A stretch of 64,000 bases of DNA from Gammaproteobacteria bacterium (GTDB taxonomy: Bacteria > Pseudomonadota > Gammaproteobacteria > Ga0077536): contig CAXXLL010000003.1 in NCBI GenBank assembly GCA_963662545.2, positions 416,001-480,000 of the forward strand, written 5' to 3'. Shown piece after piece: positions 58,667 through 64,000 of the stretch. The notes below the pieces were generated by a model. The model was not told where the DNA came from, did no database searches, and saw only the letters and a list, made by a program, of their open reading frames with translations. The translations under genes were made by a program, and so were the position numbers. Numbering within the stretch: position 1 is the first letter of the stretch; each line of letters starts with the position of its first letter.

Positions 58667-59815
58667 TTGCCTAGCGGCCGACGGTTGATCGCGCATGTAC
58701 ATCGCAACCGGTACGGACGGCAACTCGGGGCGATCTACGGCGTGCCATTGGTTTTGTGCGGAGCAGTCTCTGCAGGTTCAATCCTAGCCAGCGAAGCTCA
58801 GTCCGATGCGTGCAGCGCGGGCAACGGCTTGACGCCGATCTGTAGGTTTCAACGCCCGGAGGACATTGAGGTGATGCCGGGTGGTAAGACGCTTCTGGTG
58901 AGTGAATACGGATCGCTCGACGGCACCCGGCAGGGCAAGCTCACCCTGTTCAGGATCGCGGATGGATCCACCGAAACTCTGTATCCGCGGGCGGGTGCCG
59001 ATGCGGACGATCCGCGCTGGGGTGATGAGGCATGCCCTGGACCGCCGGGTGAGCAGTTATCGCCGCACGGCATTCATCATTCTGAAACCGGCGGACTCGA
59101 TCGGGTCTTCGTCGTCAATCACGGCGGCCGCGAGGCCGTTGAAATGTTCGAATTAGAGCTAAAGGATGACGGCGCGCCGTCACTCATATGGCGCGGCTGC
59201 GTCACTGTGCCCGAGGGGATATGGATGAACGACGTGGTCGGGTTGCCCGGCGGGGGTATTGCGATCACGCATATGATGCCGCGCGGTTCCTCCGAGGAGG
59301 CCATCAATAAAGCCGAGATATCGCGAGACGACACCGGCTACGCGCTGGAATGGCACACGGGTTCCGGCTGGAACCGCCTCGCGGGGACCGACGGCGGGCT
59401 GCCCAACGGGATCGAGGTCTCGGCGGACGGCGGGACGCTTTACCTCAATTATTACTTTGGCGATCGCGTGGCCGCGGTCGATCGTGCCAGCGGCGAACGC
59501 TTGTGGGATATCGAGGTCGATGCACCCGACAACTCGAGCTGGACCGCCGGGGGAAAGTTGCTAGTGGCATCCCACCGGGAAAATCTCGAAGCGGTGTTTG
59601 CCTGCAACGAGCCAGGCGTTCAGATCTGCCCGCTGGCGTTCGCGATCCTGTCGATCGATCCGCGTAATGGATTGACGAAAACCTTGTTTGAAGGGACGGG
59701 CCCGCCCATGGCGGGTGCAACCGTGGCGGTCGAGGTTGGCACTACGATCTTCCTGGGATCGTTTGCGGGCGATCGCATGGCGCGGTTTGAACGCGATGCC
59801 GCCGCTACAGAATGA
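58667..59815 (+). CDS. SMP-30/gluconolactonase / paraoxonase-like beta-propeller, probably exported
   Basis: RPEDI, SPHGI, VVNHGGREAVEMF, NDVV, PNGI, PDN; start uncertain. Confidence 0.82.
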   Translation: MPSGRRLIAHVHRNRYGRQLGAIYGVPLVLCGAVSAGSILASEAQSDACSAGNGLTPICRFQRPEDIEVMPGGKTLLVSEYGSLDGTRQGKLTLFRIADGSTETLYPRAGADADDPRWGDEACPGPPGEQLSPHGIHHSETGGLDRVFVVNHGGREAVEMFELELKDDGAPSLIWRGCVTVPEGIWMNDVVGLPGGGIAITHMMPRGSSEEAINKAEISRDDTGYALEWHTGSGWNRLAGTDGGLPNGIEVSADGGTLYLNYYFGDRVAAVDRASGERLWDIEVDAPDNSSWTAGGKLLVASHRENLEAVFACNEPGVQICPLAFAILSIDPRNGLTKTLFEGTGPPMAGATVAVEVGTTIFLGSFAGDRMARFERDAAATE

Positions 59816-59821
59816 ATCGGA

Positions 59822-60688
59822 TTACTTTTCGCAACTCACGATGAAATCGCTGATGGCGTTGCAGAGTTCGCTGTCGGCGTCGCTCAAGCCCCGAATAGCC
59901 GTGAAGTGGTTCTTGCCGGCCTGCTCGCGATTCGAGCCCGCCAGCCCCGCCGCCTGCCAGGCCTGCATGTAGTCGGCGGATTGCCGGTGAAATTCTTTGG
60001 ACTCGGCGCCGCCGACATCGGTGATCAGGGGCGGTGCGGCTTTCGGTATATCAAATAGCGGGCTTTCGCGCCGAATGACATCATCGTTCAATTGCAGCAA
60101 CGGCTGCAGCCACGAATAGCGCAGTGGACCCAAGTCGAACAGGCCGCTGATCGAGTACCCGCCCTTGATCACGTCGTCCGGCAGCCCGTAGTCGCCCGCC
60201 CAGTCGGTGCTCAACAGGCGCGCGACCTGGTGGCCGCCGGCGGAATGTCCGGAGACGTAGATGCGCTCACGACTGCCGGCAAAATCGAGCTCCGTGCGCG
60301 CCAGCCAGGCGACGGCCGCGCGGGTCTGACGCGTGATCTCGGGGATCGTGACCTTGGGACACAGCGCATAGTTGGTCACGACGACGGTGATCCCGCGTGC
60401 GACCGGACCGAGCGCCGCGAGGCTGAACTCTTTTGAACTCAGGCGCCGCCAATAACCGCCGTGCACGAACACGAGGATCGGCGCGTCGGGATCCTTCGCC
60501 GGAAAGATATCGAGCGTTTCTTCTACGGTCGGACCGAACGGCACATCGAGCAGACAATCGAGTTCGTCGCGTGCTCGCGCGCTCTCGCCGATGAAGAAAT
60601 CGATATGAGGCTTGATGCCACCGACGACGAGCTCGACGTTGTATTGGCCGTCGATCTCATCCTGCGTGGTGAACTGGCGGTAAAGCAT
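59822..60688 (-). CDS. Alpha/beta hydrolase, arylformamidase-like
   Basis: LDIFP, FVHGGYW, GHSAGG, SGLFDL, ESKEFHRQS, NHF. Confidence 0.88.
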   Translation of the reverse strand: MLYRQFTTQDEIDGQYNVELVVGGIKPHIDFFIGESARARDELDCLLDVPFGPTVEETLDIFPAKDPDAPILVFVHGGYWRRLSSKEFSLAALGPVARGITVVVTNYALCPKVTIPEITRQTRAAVAWLARTELDFAGSRERIYVSGHSAGGHQVARLLSTDWAGDYGLPDDVIKGGYSISGLFDLGPLRYSWLQPLLQLNDDVIRRESPLFDIPKAAPPLITDVGGAESKEFHRQSADYMQAWQAAGLAGSNREQAGKNHFTAIRGLSDADSELCNAISDFIVSCEK

Positions 60689-60736
60689 AAATTTCGGGGG
60701 CCAGAATCAATTGACCCTGACCCCTCGCCCGGCCGA

Positions 60737-61663
60737 TCAATAGCGCGGCACGCCGGGATCGATCTTCTGCGACCAGGCGTCGATGCCGCCCGCGAGGTTA
60801 TGCGCGTTGCTATAGCCGTTACGGCTGAAAAAATCGGCCGCGGACTGGCTGCGCACACCGGTATGGCAGTGGAAGACGAGCAGCGCATCCTTCGCCAGTG
60901 AATCGACGAATTTCGCTGCCTCTTCATCCAACAGACGTGAGCCTTCGATCATGGCGCGTTCGCGTTCGTCTTTTTCACGTACGTCGAACAAGTGAGCCGG
61001 TTCGCCCGCATCCATCTTCGCCTTGAGCTCCTCGACCGACATCTGCGCGGCGGGCGCCGGTGCGTTCGGGTTTTTGATACTCATGCTCATGCCTTGCGGC
61101 GTTTCCGTCATGTCGATCACGAGTCCGTCGGCGCGCCGCGCCGAGTCGACGTCCAGCAGGAGCTCGATACCATTAGCGGTAACGCCGACCTCGTGGCCTT
61201 TCGCGGGGGCCAGACTGAATTCATGGTTCCAATCGGCGTCGACGCTTAGATGCACCGGAACGTCCGGCGTCTCGGCCATCACGTTGCGGATCGCCCTCGC
61301 CGCGGTGTCGCTGATGGTGATCTCCGGCGTGACGAGTTCAACCGGTTCCACACCCAGTGCTTCGTGCAACTGGCCGGTGGTGTACATCTGCTGAATGACG
61401 TCGCAGCCGCCGAGGAATTCCTGATCCACGTAGAGCTGCGGTATCGTCGGCCATTGCGAATATTCCTTGATACCCTCCCTGATCTCCGGATCCGCCAGGA
61501 CGTCGACCGTATCGTAATCGGGCGCCACATTGTTCAGAATGCCGATGACGGTGGCCGAGAAGCCACATTGCGGCTGCTGCGGGGTGCCCTTCATGAAGAG
61601 CACGATTTTGTTCGACGCGATGGTCGAATCGAGGCGGGAGCGAAGCTCGTCGGTGAGTGGCAT
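60737..61663 (-). CDS. grxD: Monothiol glutaredoxin Grx4 fused to IscA/HesB-like and rhodanese domains
   Basis: FMKGTP..PQCGFS, WPTIPQLY, GGCD; ITISDTAA...LLLDVDSARRADGLVID...KNPN; DVRE, HCHTGVRS, LAGGIDAWS. Confidence 0.88.
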   Translation of the reverse strand: MPLTDELRSRLDSTIASNKIVLFMKGTPQQPQCGFSATVIGILNNVAPDYDTVDVLADPEIREGIKEYSQWPTIPQLYVDQEFLGGCDVIQQMYTTGQLHEALGVEPVELVTPEITISDTAARAIRNVMAETPDVPVHLSVDADWNHEFSLAPAKGHEVGVTANGIELLLDVDSARRADGLVIDMTETPQGMSMSIKNPNAPAPAAQMSVEELKAKMDAGEPAHLFDVREKDERERAMIEGSRLLDEEAAKFVDSLAKDALLVFHCHTGVRSQSAADFFSRNGYSNAHNLAGGIDAWSQKIDPGVPRY

Positions 61664-61765
61664 GAATAGTTCCTTGATGACTTACGAGACTTTGCGCAGT
61701 GTAAGCCAATCTCCAGGTAGATCAATAAAGGGGGACGCGATCTAAGCTTAAATAGTGGACCTGTT

Positions 61766-61873
61766 ATGCGAAAAACCATCGCGATCTTCGTTACGGTAAT
61801 CGCCGTATGTTCAACAGCCTGGGCGGCCGATACGCCTGACGATCGGGCCGCGGCGCTCGAGAATTTGAAATAA
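61766..61873 (+). pseudogene. 35-codon signal-peptide ORF (remnant or small exported peptide)
   Basis: MRKTIAIFVTVIAVCSTAWA-ADTPDDRAAALENLK*. Confidence 0.4.
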
Positions 61874-61901
61874 AGGATCAGAGCCAAGGACTCTGACCGT
61901 C

Positions 61902-62270
61902 TCAACCGGCCGATAAGGCTTCCAGATCCTTTGCCCGCATCCGCACGGCTGCTTTCTGGGCGCCCGTGGCCGTCTTGTAAATTTTCTTGTCGAAAAGTTT
62001 CAAAGGCTTTGCACGGTCAGCGCAGAGCTGGCCCACGCACCACTCTTTTCCCGGCGTGACTACGACGGCGACGAAGAAGCCGGGCATGGGGCCCACCCGG
62101 TAATTGTTGAAGGCAAACAGGACCTCGGCGAGGTCGCTCAATTTATCGGGGTCGAGATCCTCGAGGATCCGGGTCTCCAGGCCCGACATCGGCACGTCGC
62201 GGGTCGGCACGACATGCTTGCCCACAGGTGGCCTGATGAGCGGCATATGCGAGCTGCGGGTCTTGTTCAA
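61902..62270 (-). CDS. N,N-dimethylformamidase small-subunit-like protein
   Basis: Follows the large subunit; PGKEWCVGQL..DRAKP...IY.T...AQ......R..DL resembles the DMFase small-subunit C-terminal pattern. Confidence 0.5.
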   Translation of the reverse strand: MNKTRSSHMPLIRPPVGKHVVPTRDVPMSGLETRILEDLDPDKLSDLAEVLFAFNNYRVGPMPGFFVAVVVTPGKEWCVGQLCADRAKPLKLFDKKIYKTATGAQKAAVRMRAKDLEALSAG

Positions 62271-62290
62271 TGCTACCAGCCGATCGCCGC

Positions 62291-64000
62291 CTATGGGAGC
62301 GGCCCGGTTTTCATGAAACCCCTGATGACGTTCTCCAGGATCTTCGAGACGTTGTTCCGGTATTTGTTATGAGACAAGGCGCCGCACCAGGCGAGTGAGC
62401 CGGGCGCGAAGAGCGCGCCGTCGTTCGGTGTCTTGTAGTAGATCATGTCGGCACGCACCATCGGGTTCTCATCGCCCCCGCCGTAATAGCCGCGTACGGC
62501 AAAGTGGATCTCCTCGTTGACCTGCAGCATGAGATCGGTATGACCTTCCGAGCGCGCGAGCAGGAACGCTTCGTGAGGCGTGCCGAACTCAAGATCGTAG
62601 CGATCGATTTCAAGGCCGGCGGCGCCGCCACCGACGAGGCCGAAGTCGCCGATGATCTCGTCATAGCCGACGCCCTCGAAGATCCAGGCGCACTCCTTGC
62701 GCTTCGAATCGGGTTCGCGACGGTAATAGGTCGACACGTCGAAGCCGTAAGCGGTGAACGTGAGCCCGCAGACCTTCGTTGGAACACGCCCGCGCGCGCG
62801 CCACATGCCGCCGAACTTGCCGTCGAAGGCGTTGTTGTATTCACCCGGGTTGGCGGTCCAGGCGCGGGTGCCCGCCTCGCCCTTGCGCACTTCGATAATG
62901 TTGCTGTTGTCCGGATGGTACTGAGAGACCCAGTAGAAACCATCGGCGCCGAGATAGATCCAGCGCCCGCCGGCCTGCTGGTAGGCCTCGTAAGCGATGA
63001 GCATGTTCTCCGAGGAGTACTCGGGATGGCTGCCCGTCAGGACTACCGGATAGCGGTTCAGGAGATCCACACCTTCGCGATCGAGGTCTTCGTCGGTGTG
63101 CACGTCGAAGGCGATGCCCCTCACTTCTAGCCAGTCCGTGAGATGCAGATCCGCATTGAGCTGCCACAGCGACGGCGACAGCCAGTGGCGGTACTTGGGT
63201 CGCATGTTCAGGATCGGGCGCAGGCGCGTGGAGTAGCACACGCCGCTGCCGTCGGAATGCAATGAATAAGTCGACAGGCCATACTCGCGATGCTCGTTCA
63301 GATACAGATCCGAGGCCTGCATGATCGGGACGCGTCCGGAAAGAAGTTCTGCGACGACCGAGTTGGTCGCGAGGTTGTCGTTCGAGTAGGCCAGGTAGCT
63401 GTTGGTCGGAATGATCAAACAGACCTTGGCCGTAGTCTTACCATGTGGCGGACGCACGAAGAAGGGCACATAATCCTCGGTCTCCGGCGTACTCTTGCCG
63501 GCGATACGCAGGCGAGCACCGTAGACGCCGCTCTTGAGACCCTTGGGAATCGTGTAGGTGAAGCTCGCCGCCCAGCGTGCGTCGTCGATGTCGTCGTCGT
63601 GGAAATGGATGGCGCCGTATTCTTCCGGCCGGTGATGAAAAACGATCTCATCGCTGGTCCAGTTGTAGCCGGTCATTGCACGCACCGGCAGATTGACGGC
63701 GAAGCCGTTGAGCTTGTTCGGCGAAGTATCGATGATTTGGCAGGACGCGATGTTGTCGCTGATGTTGGCGTGGAAATCCCAGGCGCCGACGACGGCGCCC
63801 CGCAGCTCGGACTCGCAGCTTGCGAAACCGCGCGCCAAAGCGTCGATCTCGTCCTTGTCCAGGGCACGGTTAGCGAGGCGCGGGCGGTCGATCTTGCCGT
63901 TGTAGACGTTTTCCTGCTCGGGCAGCGGAAACGGATCCTTAGCCTCGGCGTAATGCGCGCCCTGCACGTGGCGGCCGCACCGGGCGCGCAGGGTGTTCGC
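62291..64000 (-). CDS. N,N-dimethylformamidase large-subunit family protein (5' end beyond window)
   Basis: YNGKIDRP, RAMTGYNW, YGAIHFHDDD, KSGVY, PFFVRP, YLAYSN, LSTYSLHSDGSGV, GSHPEY, AAGLEIDR, RADM; frame open to the edge. Confidence 0.92.
   Translation of the reverse strand, partial: ANTLRARCGRHVQGAHYAEAKDPFPLPEQENVYNGKIDRPRLANRALDKDEIDALARGFASCESELRGAVVGAWDFHANISDNIASCQIIDTSPNKLNGFAVNLPVRAMTGYNWTSDEIVFHHRPEEYGAIHFHDDDIDDARWAASFTYTIPKGLKSGVYGARLRIAGKSTPETEDYVPFFVRPPHGKTTAKVCLIIPTNSYLAYSNDNLATNSVVAELLSGRVPIMQASDLYLNEHREYGLSTYSLHSDGSGVCYSTRLRPILNMRPKYRHWLSPSLWQLNADLHLTDWLEVRGIAFDVHTDEDLDREGVDLLNRYPVVLTGSHPEYSSENMLIAYEAYQQAGGRWIYLGADGFYWVSQYHPDNSNIIEVRKGEAGTRAWTANPGEYNNAFDGKFGGMWRARGRVPTKVCGLTFTAYGFDVSTYYRREPDSKRKECAWIFEGVGYDEIIGDFGLVGGGAAGLEIDRYDLEFGTPHEAFLLARSEGHTDLMLQVNEEIHFAVRGYYGGGDENPMVRADMIYYKTPNDGALFAPGSLAWCGALSHNKYRNNVSKILENVIRGFMKTGPLP

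Overview
GC-rich bacterial chromosome segment. The gene order (ubiG-gph, ffh-ypjD-yfjD, rpsF-rpsR-rplI-dnaB-alr-radA, rlmB-rnr-tRNA-Leu) points to a gammaproteobacterium. The left ~22.6 kb is accessory. It holds a giant two-partner-secretion exoprotein (TpsA) that runs off the left edge and is interrupted by an in-frame TAG and a 13-nt duplication. Its TpsB transporter has lost its 5' end to a nested IS pile: an IS1595-family element with a DUF5678-like + retropepsin passenger pair, then a head-to-tail dimer of an ISNCY element. Divergent from these is a four-gene signalling cluster: adenylate cyclase-FHA, PP2C phosphatase, a 1634-aa membrane Ser/Thr kinase-FGE, and a second membrane FGE protein. 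It resembles the T6SS threonine-phosphorylation pathway, but no T6SS gene is in the window. This cluster is the best candidate for an under-described system. The middle (22.7-52.3 kb) is mostly housekeeping, with several small palindromic MITE/REP-like elements and an S6 protein carrying a tandem-repeat acidic tail. The right end has an MMPL-cNMP transporter with a LolA-like partner, a zone of decayed genes, catabolic hydrolases/dioxygenase, a Grx4-IscA-like-rhodanese fusion and N,N-dimethylformamidase-like genes. All calls come from motif recognition by eye and no searches were run. Several frameshifts are short local duplications that may be assembly errors.
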